Shown: in pieces, positions 40,516-50,986 of the stretch
How positions within the stretch are numbered: the first letter of the stretch is position 1
Layout: the number at the start of each line of letters is the position of its first letter
Assembly (NCBI GenBank): GCA_963717145.1
Contig: OY970325.1
Location: 1,312,001-1,376,000 of the forward strand
Length of the DNA: 64,000 nucleotides
Source: an uncultured Armatimonadetes bacterium
GTDB lineage: Bacteria > Armatimonadota > UBA5829 > DTJY01
Direction of reading: 5' to 3'
Notes under the pieces: model-generated
What the model saw: only the letters and a program-made list of their open reading frames with translations
What the model was told of the DNA's origin: nothing
Databases searched by the model: none
Translations under genes and position numbers: made by a program

Positions 40516-40705
40516 GTAGAACACAGAAACATGGAAGGACACGGAAGCACGGAAAGATCTATCTATCAGGAAGCCAGGAAGATAGGAATCCAGGAAAGAG
40601 ACTTCAGATTTCGCCCTTTCCCCTTCCTGCCTTCCTAGCTTCCTGGCTTCCTCATGATGCCTTTTCTGTGTCTTCCGTTTCCTTCTGTGCTTCTGTGTTT
40701 TCTGC
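40516..40705. repeat. Nested inverted tandem-repeat elements (8-mer CAGGAAG family inside an 8/9-mer CAC(A/G)GAA family)
   Basis: Outer arms 40516-40556 and 40661-40705; inner arms caggaagc-caggaaga-taggaatc-caggaaag and cttcctgc-cttcctag-cttcctgg-cttcct. Confidence 0.85.
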
Positions 40706-41887
40706 CTAGAAGTGCACGCCGTGCTCTCTCAGCCGGGCGATCGCCTCGGTGACTCGGTTGCCGTTCGTGTCGCCGCTGACGGTGAGCGAGAAGCGGATGT
40801 AGCCCTCTCCGTACTGGCCGTACCCGATCCCCGGCACGACGAGCACCCCTGCTTTGTCGAGGAGCATCTTGGCAAACTCGATCGAAGTATACCCCTGCGG
40901 GACCGGCGCCCACACGTAGAGCGTCGCTTTGCTCCTCGGGAGTCTCCATCCCAGGCTGTTCAGGCCGTCTATCAGTATGTCCCGACGCTTCTGATAGACC
41001 GCGATCGTCTCGGGATTGCCATGGAGGTTGTCCAGGGCATACGCGGCGGCCTCCGCGATCGCCGGGAACTGCTTGGAGTCCACATAGGATTTCATCTTGC
41101 CGAGCCCGCGAAGTACGTCTGCATTACCGACCGCCATCCCGATGCGCCAGCCGGTCATGTTGTAGGTCTTGGATAGCGAGTGAATCTCTATGCCGACGTC
41201 CTTCGCGCCCGGGGTCTGAAGGAAACTCGGCGCGACATAGCCATCGTAGGCGACCTCTGTGTACGCGGCATCGTGACATACAATGATCTCGTTCTCCTTC
41301 GCAAACGCGACCACATCGGCGAAGAACTCAGGCGTGGCACATGCGCCGGTCGGATTGTTCGGATAGTTGATGTACATCAACCGGGCCTTCCGCGCGACCT
41401 CCGTCGGAATCGCCGACAGATCGGGCAGGCAGCCGTTCTCGGGAAGCAGCGGCATGACGTGCCCCGTCCCTCCTGCCATCTCCGTGTTGATCTTGTATAC
41501 AGTATAGCCTGGATCGGGTACGAGCGCTAAATCACCGTCTCCGATAAATGCCCATGCGAGATGCGCGAGACCCTCTTTCGAGCCGATAATCTCGATGACC
41601 TCGCCCTTCGAGGCATCGAGTTTGACGCCAAACCGCCGATCATACCAGCGAGCAACGGCCTTGGTAAACACCGGCCAGCCGTAATCGGTCTCGTCGTAAC
41701 GATGCGTGCCCGGATCGTTCGCCGACCGAGTCAGCGCATCGATGATCGGCTGCGGCGTCGGAAGATCCGGATCACCGTTCCCGAAATCGATCAGGTCGCG
41801 TCCCTCGGCTATGGCCTTTGCCTTCGATCGGGAGATCTCCGCGAAGAGATACGGCGGCGTATTCTCGAGTCTCTGAGCGTATTGCAC
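40706..41887 (-). CDS. dapL: LL-diaminopimelate aminotransferase
   Basis: PPYLFAEI, GSKEGLAH, NYPNNPTG, HDAAYTE, SLSKTYNMTGWRIG; follows dapF; GGAGG before GTG 41887. Confidence 0.85.
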   Translation of the reverse strand: MQYAQRLENTPPYLFAEISRSKAKAIAEGRDLIDFGNGDPDLPTPQPIIDALTRSANDPGTHRYDETDYGWPVFTKAVARWYDRRFGVKLDASKGEVIEIIGSKEGLAHLAWAFIGDGDLALVPDPGYTVYKINTEMAGGTGHVMPLLPENGCLPDLSAIPTEVARKARLMYINYPNNPTGACATPEFFADVVAFAKENEIIVCHDAAYTEVAYDGYVAPSFLQTPGAKDVGIEIHSLSKTYNMTGWRIGMAVGNADVLRGLGKMKSYVDSKQFPAIAEAAAYALDNLHGNPETIAVYQKRRDILIDGLNSLGWRLPRSKATLYVWAPVPQGYTSIEFAKMLLDKAGVLVVPGIGYGQYGEGYIRFSLTVSGDTNGNRVTEAIARLREHGVHF

Positions 41888-41901
41888 GAAATCCTCCAAC
41901 A

Positions 41902-41995
41902 AGACATTAGACCATAGACCTTAGACCAGGGGACGGCATCTCCGCCCCTCGTCCAAGGTCTACGGTCTAATGTCCAAAGTCTAAAGTCTAAAGTC
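41902..41995. repeat. Inverted heptamer hairpin, TAGAC family
   Basis: agacat-tagacca-tagacct-tagacca ... gtccaag-gtctacg-gtctaat-gtccaaa-gtctaaa-gtctaaa-gtct; supplies the dapF stop. Confidence 0.88.
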
Positions 41996-42836
41996 TGATC
42001 TTCCCCTGATACACTTCGACCGCGGGGCCGGTCATGTACACATTGCCATCGTCCCGCCAGTCGATCGACAGATCCCCGCCGGGGAGATGAACGGTCGCGC
42101 ACCGAGCGGTCTTCCCTGTGAGCGATCCGGCCACGACCGTTGCACAGGCCCCGGTCCCGCACGCGAGCGTGACGCCGGCGCCTCGTTCCCATACCCGCAT
42201 GATGACTTCTTCCGGCGAGATCACCTGGGCGAAATCGACGTTCGTCTTCTGCGGGAATGCGGGGTGCGTCTCGATACTTGGGCCTATCTCCTCGAGTGGC
42301 ACATCGGCTGCGCAGTGGACGAAGATCACGCAGTGCGGAATGCCCACATTCACACAGGTGATCTCCAGGCGCTGGCCGTTCACATCGAGCGGCTGAAGGA
42401 TCACTTGTCCGGTATACCCAGTGACCGGGATCTCAGCGGCGTCGAGCTTCGGAGCGCCCATGTTCACGGTCGCGGAAACCGCCAGGCCCTCCTGCCCCTG
42501 CACCTCGACGTATTTGGTACCCCCGAGCGTCTCGATGCTCACGGATTCCTTCATGAGGCCGCGATCGAACAGGTACTTGGCAAAACACCGAGTGGCATTG
42601 CCGCACATCTCGGCCTCGCTGCCATCGGAGTTGATGATCCTCATGCGGTAGTCAGCGGCATCCGACGGGAGCACCAGAACCAGGCCGTCCGCGCCGACAC
42701 CGAAATGCCGCTCGCAGACCTGTTCCGAAACCTTCGCCAGGTCGAATCCTTCCAGCGGACCCATGCCCTGCACGCAGTCCACGAAGATGAAGTCGTTGCC
42801 GGCTCCGTGCATCTTCACGAATTGTACTTCGGGCAT
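41988..42836 (-). CDS. dapF: Diaminopimelate epimerase
   Basis: FVKMHGAGNDF, GVGADG, NSDGSEAEMCGN, WERGAGVTLACGTG. Confidence 0.96.
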   Translation of the reverse strand: MPEVQFVKMHGAGNDFIFVDCVQGMGPLEGFDLAKVSEQVCERHFGVGADGLVLVLPSDAADYRMRIINSDGSEAEMCGNATRCFAKYLFDRGLMKESVSIETLGGTKYVEVQGQEGLAVSATVNMGAPKLDAAEIPVTGYTGQVILQPLDVNGQRLEITCVNVGIPHCVIFVHCAADVPLEEIGPSIETHPAFPQKTNVDFAQVISPEEVIMRVWERGAGVTLACGTGACATVVAGSLTGKTARCATVHLPGGDLSIDWRDDGNVYMTGPAVEVYQGKIRL

Positions 42837-42837
42837 T

Positions 42838-43113
42838 CTACTCTTCCGCGGGCGGTGTCTGCTCGCCGGTTTCCTTCGGGAAGTCCTGTACGTTGGTGGA
42901 GACCTGCTTTGCAGGAACGACCGATGCAATGGCATGCTTGTAGACCATCTGTGTCGGCTTACCGGGGCTGTCGAGCAGCACGGTGAAGGCATCGAAGCCT
43001 CTCACGTGCCCCTTCAACTGCACGCCGCCGACCAGATAGATCGTGAGCGGGATGTTCTCCTTTCGCACCTGGTTCAAAAACACGTCCTGCAAGTTAACCT
43101 GTCCCTTGTTCAT
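42838..43113 (-). CDS. hfq: RNA chaperone Hfq
   Basis: [37 protein letters not shown]. Confidence 0.96.
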   Translation of the reverse strand: MNKGQVNLQDVFLNQVRKENIPLTIYLVGGVQLKGHVRGFDAFTVLLDSPGKPTQMVYKHAIASVVPAKQVSTNVQDFPKETGEQTPPAEE

Positions 43114-43184
43114 GTAACACTCCTTCGTCCCGGCGGACTATCCTGCGTCCGCCTACCTCTACTGGGTTTTTGGGATGCTCTCGA

Positions 43185-44117
43185 TCAGGCCTCTGCCCTG
43201 AGCGTGGCAGCGATGCCTTCCGCAATCTCCGAGGCCGAACGGCCCTCGACATCCAACCACCGGATGTCAGGGTCCGCACGGAACCACGTCAACTGCCTCT
43301 TCGCAAACCGCCGGGTATCCCGCTTCAGGAGTTCGATCGCCGCAGGGAGATCATACTCGCCGAGCAGATAGCCCGCGATCTGTTTGTACCCGAGGCCCTT
43401 CATTGCCGGCAACTCCGGATCATATCCCTGATCCATGAGCCGCCGAACTTCTTCCACCAATCCGGCCTGGATCATGTCGTCAACCCTGTGCTCGATCCGC
43501 TCGTACAGCATCGGTCGCTTCACCGTAAGGCCGAACATCTTGACTGAATGAGCTACCTCGGCACTGCCCGCGGTCTCGTGAAAGTGCGAGATCGGTTTGC
43601 CGGTAGCATGATACACTTCCAGCGCCCGAACCATCCGCTTGATATCCTTCGGATGTAATCGGGCAGCCGTGGCCGGATCGACTGCGCAAAGCTGCTCCAG
43701 CAGATATTCGCCACCGAGATGCTCGGCTTCCTCCTTTAGTCGGGTCCGCAGTTCCTTATCGGGAGCGACTTGAGGGATATTGAAACCGCCGGTAAGCGCC
43801 TTGACGTACATTCCGCTGCCGCCGACGAAGATCGGCATCTTCCCACGGCCGACTATACCCGCAATGCACTCGTCGGCCAAACGGCGGAACACGGCCGCGC
43901 TGAACTCCTCGTCGGGACGCACGACATCGATGAGGTGGAACGGCACGGCTCTCTGCTCTTCCGGGGTCGGCTTGGCGGTACCAATGTCCATACCCTCGTA
44001 GACCGCCATCGAATCGGCCGAGATGATCTCGCCGCCGATCATCCGCGCGAGACCGATTCCCACAGCCGTTTTCCCCACCGCGGTGGGTCCGACTATCCCG
44101 ACTAGCATCCCGTGCAT
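43185..44117 (-). CDS. miaA: tRNA dimethylallyltransferase
   Basis: GPTAVGKT, ISADSM, DIGTAKP, TRRFAKRQLTWF. Confidence 0.97.
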   Translation of the reverse strand: MHGMLVGIVGPTAVGKTAVGIGLARMIGGEIISADSMAVYEGMDIGTAKPTPEEQRAVPFHLIDVVRPDEEFSAAVFRRLADECIAGIVGRGKMPIFVGGSGMYVKALTGGFNIPQVAPDKELRTRLKEEAEHLGGEYLLEQLCAVDPATAARLHPKDIKRMVRALEVYHATGKPISHFHETAGSAEVAHSVKMFGLTVKRPMLYERIEHRVDDMIQAGLVEEVRRLMDQGYDPELPAMKGLGYKQIAGYLLGEYDLPAAIELLKRDTRRFAKRQLTWFRADPDIRWLDVEGRSASEIAEGIAATLRAEA

Positions 44118-44297
44118 CGAGTTTGTCCTTCGTGCGCCGGAAAATCCTCCGAAGTATAGCACAAACGGCTCCCTACCGCAAGCTAATGCCATGCCTGTAG
44201 CATATCGGAGGGACGCCTGCACGGTTGCTCTGCCACCGGATGGGTTGGTTTCCTGCGTTCCAGGATGTATAATGGGGCATTGCAGGAGGAACGGGAA

Positions 44298-44981
44298 TTG
44301 CGAAGACTCATACCGATAGCTATGGCAGCCGCCTTGGTCGCCGGATGTGCCGGCCAGATCATCCGCCCGAAGATCGAGGCGGGGATCGAGAAAGCCCTGC
44401 CCGGCTACATCGGGCCGGCAAGAGAATACCGGGTCAAGGCAAGCGGCTCATCGACCGCCATGATCAACGGCGAGTTCAGCGCGCTCCACATCACCGGACG
44501 TGAGGTCCAGGCGACCAAGGACCTCACGATCGATCTCCTGACAGTCGAGATGAAGGACGTCAAGGCCGATCCATCGACGCGCAAGCTTCGTAGCGTCGGC
44601 TCGACGACATTTCAGGCGGAGATCACCGAGCAGGCCGTGAACGCCTATGTGAACGCCAGCAGACCGCAGGGCAACGAGGTCCGCGTCGACCTCGAGCCGG
44701 GCAAGATCACTGTGATCGCTCGTCCCACGTTCTATGGCATCGGCGCGGAGGTCCGCGTGACCGGGAGGCCCGCGATCGCCGGTGGGAGCAAGGTGAACTT
44801 CGTCGCGGACAAGGCGTCGGTCAGTATCGTCCCAGTGCCCGCGTGGGTGGTCAATAAGCTGCTCGATCTCGTCAACCCGGTACTCGACCTGAATCAGATG
44901 AAGTTCCCGGTCTCGCTCACTTCGGTGACCATTGAGAAAGACACCGTGCAGTTGGCAGGCAAGGCGGATTTCAAACCGTAG
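44298..44981 (+). CDS. DUF2993/LmeA-like lipoprotein
   Basis: AGGAGG + TTG start; lipobox LVAGC; beta-rich sequence ending LNQMKFPVSLTSVTI. Confidence 0.7.
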   Translation: MRRLIPIAMAAALVAGCAGQIIRPKIEAGIEKALPGYIGPAREYRVKASGSSTAMINGEFSALHITGREVQATKDLTIDLLTVEMKDVKADPSTRKLRSVGSTTFQAEITEQAVNAYVNASRPQGNEVRVDLEPGKITVIARPTFYGIGAEVRVTGRPAIAGGSKVNFVADKASVSIVPVPAWVVNKLLDLVNPVLDLNQMKFPVSLTSVTIEKDTVQLAGKADFKP

Positions 44982-45023
44982 GGAATGCAGAGTGCAGAGT
45001 GAACTGCCAAGGGGGAGACAGTC

Positions 45024-48000
45024 ATGCCTGAGGAAGTGGAAGTACACCTCGAGACCATCGAACTGCCGACCTATGAGACGATGTCTGAGAAGCCGGACCC
45101 GTGGTTCGGAAAGCGTCTCGGCGCGCATACCTACCCATACCGCCTGCAGGACGGCCTGACGAAAGAGCGCGTCATCCGCCGATACGATGCCATCATCCTG
45201 GAGAACGAACTCCTGCTGCTGACCGTGCTCCCCGACTTCGGATGCAGGCTCTTCTCGGTCTACGACAAGCTTCTCGGCCGCGAGGTCTTCCACCGAAACG
45301 ACTGTATCAAGCCGACGTTGATCGCCACTCGCGGGGCATGGATCTCCGGCGGCATCGAGTTCAACTTTCCGGTAAGCCACTCGGTCTACACGCACTCGCG
45401 CATCCCATTCACCACCAGGCGCAATCCGGACGGCTCGGCGTCGGTGATCTTCGGGCTGACTGAACGCATGACTGAGATGCGTTTCACCGTCGAGGTCCGA
45501 CTCGCGCCTCAGGAGTACCGCTTCTCGGACACGATCCGGCTCTACAACGGCACTCCCCTGCCCCGTCGGCACTACTGGTGGACTAACGCAGGGGTCTACT
45601 CGACTCCCGATACACGGCTGATCTATGCGATGACGCGCGGCATCTCGGGCGCATACGGCGAGAACACGACGTGGCCGATCCATGACGGCATCGACCTGAG
45701 CCGGATAGGAAGCCATGCCTTCACCGGCGATGTGTTCGGCGCTGAGACCTACGACCAGTTCTTCGGCGTCTACTACGACCAGGCCGGCTGCGGGGTCGCC
45801 CACTGGTCGAAGCAGGATGAGATGCCCGGTCGGAAGGTATTCTGCTGGGGTCAGGACGAGATGGGCAAGCTCTGGCAGAGCATGCTCACAGAGAACGCCG
45901 GCGACTACCTCGAGATCCAGTCCGGCCGATTCGCGACCCAGAGCGATTTCGGATTACTCCAGCCGCACGAGTTGGTGACCATGACCGAGTACTGGCTGCC
46001 GGTCGGTCCGACCGGCGGCTTCGTGAAGGCTCACAGAGAAGGTATCATCAACCTCGGCCCGGATGGATCGGTCGCGGTGCAGATGACTCGTCCCGTCCGA
46101 GGCGCAACGGTCAAGATCATGGGGCAAGACAGGATGACTGGTGACCTGGCCGCGGGAGAGGTCTACCGCTTCGAAACCTCCGGCGATGCGGGAGACACAT
46201 CGGTCGAGGTGCTCGACGCAGACGGGAATGCGGTGCTTGCATACGATCCCCAACAGAAAGATCGCGTGCATGACATCGTCCCTCGAACCAGCGTGTTCCC
46301 TGAGCAGACTGAGACGGCGGATGAGATGCTTCAGGCCGCCAACGCCTCCGAGCGGTTCGACTCGTCGGATGCGGCGATCAGGCGCCTCGAGCAGTTGATG
46401 GTCACCGAGCACGAGGTCGAGGGGCGAAAGGGATTGGCGCGATTCGCACTCAGGGCCGGGCGCTGGGAGGATGCCGAAGAACAGGCACGGGCGCTTCCCG
46501 AGGGCGACCACGAGGCGAATGCTCTCCTCGCGCTGGCACTCGATGGTCAGGGTGATGACGCCAGGGACCTATGGCAATCACTCGCCTGCGATGCATCGTT
46601 TGGGGTGCTCGCGAAACGTCGGGTGGCGGAGAGCTTCATCCGCCAAGGGGAATGGGATGGGGTCGCAGGGCTCGTCCTGGGTTCGCCCGACCCGATGCTC
46701 TCGCTGCTGGGAGTGATCGCCGAGAGGAAACTCGGACTCACGAGCGACAGACTTTCAACCCTGATAGAGGCCGATCCGCTATGGAGACATGCCCTGTGGG
46801 AGAACTTCTTCCGCAAGAGGAATGAACTCCCCGAACTCACCAGCGAGACCTTCCAGGAGGACATGGACGCCGCCGGAATGTACCTCGACCTCGGATTGCT
46901 CGATGAGGCGAGGGCTGTGGTGGAGGCGTGGACTAGTGCGAGGCCGCCGAGTGATCCGTTCCTGCGAGTGCTCATCGAGGAGTTGGACATCGAGCCGCCA
47001 TCAGAGTACCGGGCTGATGAGTGGGGAATCGTGAACTGCTTTGCCCACCGAGACATCCTGATGCGTCTGATCGAGAGTCGCGACGACGCCGAGTCGCTCA
47101 CCGATCTGGGGAACATGCTTTATGCCCGCGGGCGGATCGATGAGGCAATCGAGAAGTGGCATGCGGCTCAGGAGGGGTATCTGCCGCGCCGGAACCTTGC
47201 GATCGCCCATTGGCACAAGAAGGATGACCTTCAGACCGCCTACAGGTACATGCGCGGGGCGAGCGATCTATGTCCGGGCAGTCCCGCCATCCTGCGGGAT
47301 TGCGATATCCTGGCCGACCTGAGCGGGAACGAGTCGGACCGGCTCGAAATCGTCACGCGGATCATGAAATATGCGCCGGAGGACAGCGGGTGTCTCGAAC
47401 GGGCGGTCCGAGCATACCTGGCTGCTGACAGGCTCGACGACGCGATCGACTTGCTTCAGACCAAGACCTTCTTCGTGGCGGAGTTGGCGTACCAGACCCG
47501 GATACTGTACGTGTGGGCGATGATCGGGCGCGGGATGCGCAACATGACCGAGGAGCGATATGCCGATGCCGCCGTGGACTTCCGCGCGGCGACCGAGTAC
47601 CCGCCGAACCTCGGCGCGAGCCGGTTCCACGATTCGAGTGACGCTCAGGCGCTCTTCCTCTTGGGCGAGGCGCTCAGTAAGCTCGGCGACACGGAGGACG
47701 CGCGGAAAGCGCACGCATCGGCGGCGGACGATATGCCAGTCAGGGGAACGGAGCAGGCATTCTACGTCGGACAGGCACGGGATCGACCCGGGAGAGACGA
47801 TGCCCGTGAGGCCCGGAAGAAGATACTCCCGGCCGACCAATCAGCAGACACCCCTGAGGCTCAGGCGCGGTTGAACTACCTCAAGGGACTGGAACGCCTC
47901 GCGGCCCATGACCCCGATGCCTCTGCGGAGTACTTCAGGCTTGCGCACGAGTTCCTGCGTGCGAATCCGGCGAAGATGAGACGGTACATGGAGTCGCTGG

Positions 48001-48056
48001 CGTACACCCGCTCAGAGGGCCGCAGAGTGCCGATCGCAGTCTGGGAGAATGGTTGA
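45024..48056 (+). CDS. DUF5107 + TPR domain protein
   Basis: LENELLLLTVLPDFGCRL, GAWISGGIEFNFP, YWWTNA, YLEIQSG; helical TPR-like C-terminal half. Confidence 0.85.
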   Translation: MPEEVEVHLETIELPTYETMSEKPDPWFGKRLGAHTYPYRLQDGLTKERVIRRYDAIILENELLLLTVLPDFGCRLFSVYDKLLGREVFHRNDCIKPTLIATRGAWISGGIEFNFPVSHSVYTHSRIPFTTRRNPDGSASVIFGLTERMTEMRFTVEVRLAPQEYRFSDTIRLYNGTPLPRRHYWWTNAGVYSTPDTRLIYAMTRGISGAYGENTTWPIHDGIDLSRIGSHAFTGDVFGAETYDQFFGVYYDQAGCGVAHWSKQDEMPGRKVFCWGQDEMGKLWQSMLTENAGDYLEIQSGRFATQSDFGLLQPHELVTMTEYWLPVGPTGGFVKAHREGIINLGPDGSVAVQMTRPVRGATVKIMGQDRMTGDLAAGEVYRFETSGDAGDTSVEVLDADGNAVLAYDPQQKDRVHDIVPRTSVFPEQTETADEMLQAANASERFDSSDAAIRRLEQLMVTEHEVEGRKGLARFALRAGRWEDAEEQARALPEGDHEANALLALALDGQGDDARDLWQSLACDASFGVLAKRRVAESFIRQGEWDGVAGLVLGSPDPMLSLLGVIAERKLGLTSDRLSTLIEADPLWRHALWENFFRKRNELPELTSETFQEDMDAAGMYLDLGLLDEARAVVEAWTSARPPSDPFLRVLIEELDIEPPSEYRADEWGIVNCFAHRDILMRLIESRDDAESLTDLGNMLYARGRIDEAIEKWHAAQEGYLPRRNLAIAHWHKKDDLQTAYRYMRGASDLCPGSPAILRDCDILADLSGNESDRLEIVTRIMKYAPEDSGCLERAVRAYLAADRLDDAIDLLQTKTFFVAELAYQTRILYVWAMIGRGMRNMTEERYADAAVDFRAATEYPPNLGASRFHDSSDAQALFLLGEALSKLGDTEDARKAHASAADDMPVRGTEQAFYVGQARDRPGRDDAREARKKILPADQSADTPEAQARLNYLKGLERLAAHDPDASAEYFRLAHEFLRANPAKMRRYMESLAYTRSEGRRVPIAVWENG

Positions 48057-48119
48057 TGGTTGATGGTCGATGACATTCGCATTCCCAATCAGCCATTGAC
48101 CATGAACTATCAACCATTT
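48048..48119. repeat. Inverted heptamer hairpin, ATGGTTG family
   Basis: aatggtt-gatggtt-gatggtc-gatg ... agccatt-gaccatg-aactatc-aaccatt; supplies NG* of the DUF5107 gene. Confidence 0.88.
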
Positions 48120-48120
48120 C

Positions 48121-49860
48121 CTATGCTGCCTTCAGCGTCATGCTAAGCTCCTCGCTCTCGACCATCACCTTGCGCTGCACTTCGTCGATCGTGGTAATGC
48201 CCGCGAGCACCTTTGCCGTGCCGTCCTGCGCCATCGTTCTCATCCCTTGGGCTATCGCTAACTGGCGCATTTCGGGGGCCGACGCCTTTGTCATCGTCAG
48301 CTTCCTCAACTGGTCGGTCATCACCAGAACCTCGTTGATACTCACTCGGCCTTTGTAACCCGAACCGCTGCAGTTAGTACAGCCCACGGCATGGTACAGT
48401 GTGACATCGTCGTCGGAAGCGAGGCCGAGCAGGGACTTCGTCTTGTCGTCCGGCTGGTAGGCGGCCCTACAGTCCGGACAGAGCACGCGAACGAGCCTCT
48501 GCGCCACCACGCCATTGATCGCCGAACCCACGAGGAATGGCTCGACATCCTGGTCGATCAGACGCGTGACCGCGCTGGGAGCGTCGTTGCAGTGGAGCGT
48601 GCTCAGGACCAGGTGACCGGTCAGCGCAGCTCTGAACGCAACGTCGGCGGTCTCCGTGTCCCTGATCTCGCCGACCAGCACGATATCCGGATCCTGCCTG
48701 AGAATCGCGCGGAGTTGATTCGCGAAAGTGAGGCCGATCCTGGTGTGCACGTTGGTCTGGTTGATACCCTCCATCTCGTACTCGACCGGATCCTCGACCG
48801 TCATGATGTTCGTGTTCTCGGATCTCAGAATGTTGAGAGCGGCATAGAGCGTCGTGGTCTTGCCGCTTCCGGTGGGACCTGTGACCAGGATGATGCCATG
48901 CGGACGGGTGACCAGCTTCGTGAAGACGGACAACTCGTGCGGCGCGAAGCCCAATTCCTCGAGTGGGATGATCCCACTCGCCCTATCCAGGATTCGGAGA
49001 ACCACTCTCTCGCCATACAGGGTGGGCGAGGTGGAGACACGCAAGTCCACAAGCTTCTTGTCCAGACGCACCGTAATGCGTCCATCCTGCGGGAGTCGTC
49101 GTTCCGAGATGTCGAGTTCGGACATGATCTTGACGCGCGAGGTGATGGCAGCATGGAGGCTTCTCGGCAGACTCTTCACAAGATGGAGTTCGCCATCGAT
49201 CCGGAACCGTACGTCTATGCTATTCCGCCGCGGCTCGATGTGAATATCGCTGGCCTTCTGCCGAACTCCCTGTGTGAGAAGTACGTTCACCATTCGAACA
49301 ACCGGCGCGCGATGGCTCTGCCTTTTGACCTCGTTAATGTCCTCGCCGTGCTCGTATTCCTCGCCGGTGGCCAACTCCATTCCCGCGGCCTGCTGAGCAG
49401 CGCTCTGGAGATCATCGGAGCCACTGCCGCCGTATTGCTTGTTCACTGCGTCGGTGATCCGCCATTCGGTGGCAAGGGCGGGCTCCACGCGGCACTTCGC
49501 CTCCAACTGCACGAGGTCCATGGCCTCGACATCGAGCGGGTTCGCCATTGCCACGGTCAGTCGGTCCTCGGTCATCGAAATGGGGATGAGATTGTAGGTA
49601 CGAGCGGTCTGTTCGGAGACCAGTATAACCGCTTCCGGCGCGCATTCCGCATCCTGGAGATTGACGTAGCCGACATCGAGTTGGAGAGCCCGGACTTCCG
49701 TGATCTGTTCCTCGGTCGCAAGCCCCCAAGCTATAAGTATCTCGCCGAGCCGCTTGTGCGTCTGGTTCTGCTCGTCAAGCGCCTCGTGGAGCTTCTCCTC
49801 AGTGATGATACCTCTGGAGACCAGGATGTCACCGAGCGGCTTCTTATAAAACTCTTCCAT
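48121..49860 (-). CDS. PilB/GspE-family assembly ATPase with N-terminal MshEN domain
   Basis: KPLGDILV...KRLGEILI; ASDIHIEP, GPTGSGKTTTL, LRQDPD, TGHLVLSTLH, Cys4 zinc site. Confidence 0.93.
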   Translation of the reverse strand: MEEFYKKPLGDILVSRGIITEEKLHEALDEQNQTHKRLGEILIAWGLATEEQITEVRALQLDVGYVNLQDAECAPEAVILVSEQTARTYNLIPISMTEDRLTVAMANPLDVEAMDLVQLEAKCRVEPALATEWRITDAVNKQYGGSGSDDLQSAAQQAAGMELATGEEYEHGEDINEVKRQSHRAPVVRMVNVLLTQGVRQKASDIHIEPRRNSIDVRFRIDGELHLVKSLPRSLHAAITSRVKIMSELDISERRLPQDGRITVRLDKKLVDLRVSTSPTLYGERVVLRILDRASGIIPLEELGFAPHELSVFTKLVTRPHGIILVTGPTGSGKTTTLYAALNILRSENTNIMTVEDPVEYEMEGINQTNVHTRIGLTFANQLRAILRQDPDIVLVGEIRDTETADVAFRAALTGHLVLSTLHCNDAPSAVTRLIDQDVEPFLVGSAINGVVAQRLVRVLCPDCRAAYQPDDKTKSLLGLASDDDVTLYHAVGCTNCSGSGYKGRVSINEVLVMTDQLRKLTMTKASAPEMRQLAIAQGMRTMAQDGTAKVLAGITTIDEVQRKVMVESEELSMTLKAA

Positions 49861-49901
49861 GCAAAAACCTCATTCTACACCAGGCAGCCAGCCTGCATAG
49901 T

Positions 49902-50147
49902 TCAGGACACGGACTGATCGGCCGAATCACCGAGATCGCTCAGCAGGCGACGGATCTCCCGAGACCTGTTGGCGGTCTCTTCCGAATCCGCTTCGATCGT
50001 CACCACGAGGACGTCGCCCTGACCGGTTTCCGACGGCAGAAGGATTCTCGGCCAGATCACCGCCTGCGACTCATCGTCTCCGAGTATCAGGACCGCCCGA
50101 TCGCCCTCGAACCGGTCCACGAATGCGCTCACCCGCGCGGTGCTCAT
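49902..50147 (-). CDS. DUF3006 family protein
   Basis: VDRFEGDRAVL...LP...GDVL; ATGA-coupled to the ComEC-like gene. Confidence 0.85.
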   Translation of the reverse strand: MSTARVSAFVDRFEGDRAVLILGDDESQAVIWPRILLPSETGQGDVLVVTIEADSEETANRSREIRRLLSDLGDSADQSVS

Positions 50148-50986
50148 TCCGTATACTCCGTCCATACTCGCCGGCCGTCGGTCGAGATGACGACGTCGCC
50201 GTTCTCGTCGGTCCGGAACACTTGAGCGCCGGCGGCCGACAGCCTGCCGAGCGTCTCCTTGCCGGGCTGCGCAGACTCCGACTCCGGATCGGCGCTGATC
50301 ACAGCGTACTCCGGCTTCACGATCTGCAGGAACTCATTCGACGTAGTCCCGTTGCTGCCATGACCAGCCACCTTGAGCACGGTGCTGCGAAGGTCGTGAT
50401 ACTCCGCAAGCAGTTGAGCCTCAGACTCCGGTGATAGGTTGCCGGTCAGCAGGAAACCGATGTCCCTGTAGCTGAACCGCAGGACGATCGGATCGCCTGT
50501 TCCGCCCTTGAGCGGCCAGATGACCTCGAAATCCACGCCGTTCGATACACTCGGCCGGCGCTCTTCAGTCACTGTCTTGTAGTCGATCCTGCGCTGCTTG
50601 ATGCTCGCAATGACCTGCTCATACGTCGCACTGCCCGAGGGCCCGCCGGCATCGAGGACTTCCGATACCCCGAACCGGTCGAGAACCGCCTGCAGCCCGC
50701 CGATGTGATCCTCGTCCGAATGAGCGATGACCAGCAGATCGATCCGTGGCACGCCTTGCCGAGCCAGGTACGAGATCAGATGGTCCGATCGGTCGGCATT
50801 CCCGGCATCCACCAGCACGACGCGGTTGTCCGGCGTCCGGATCAGAGTGCAGTCACCCGGCCCAACGTCAACGAAATGGACGGAAAGCCTCGGCTCCTCG
50901 GTCGCCGGTCTTCGACTGAGTGCGATATACCACGCCGCCAGGCCCAGCAATACTATCAGTAGAATTATAGGCAGAAGTCGTCGCAT
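50144..50986 (-). CDS. ComEC/Rec2-related MBL-fold protein
   Basis: VHFVDVGPGD, LVDAG, HSDEDHIGG, VAGHGS, FRTDENG. Confidence 0.88.
   Translation of the reverse strand: MRRLLPIILLIVLLGLAAWYIALSRRPATEEPRLSVHFVDVGPGDCTLIRTPDNRVVLVDAGNADRSDHLISYLARQGVPRIDLLVIAHSDEDHIGGLQAVLDRFGVSEVLDAGGPSGSATYEQVIASIKQRRIDYKTVTEERRPSVSNGVDFEVIWPLKGGTGDPIVLRFSYRDIGFLLTGNLSPESEAQLLAEYHDLRSTVLKVAGHGSNGTTSNEFLQIVKPEYAVISADPESESAQPGKETLGRLSAAGAQVFRTDENGDVVISTDGRRVWTEYTE

Noticed and set aside
44985-45003. tgcagag-tgcagag-tgaa heptamer element
   Set aside because: Only about two units and no inverted arm; possibly a remnant, too short to call.
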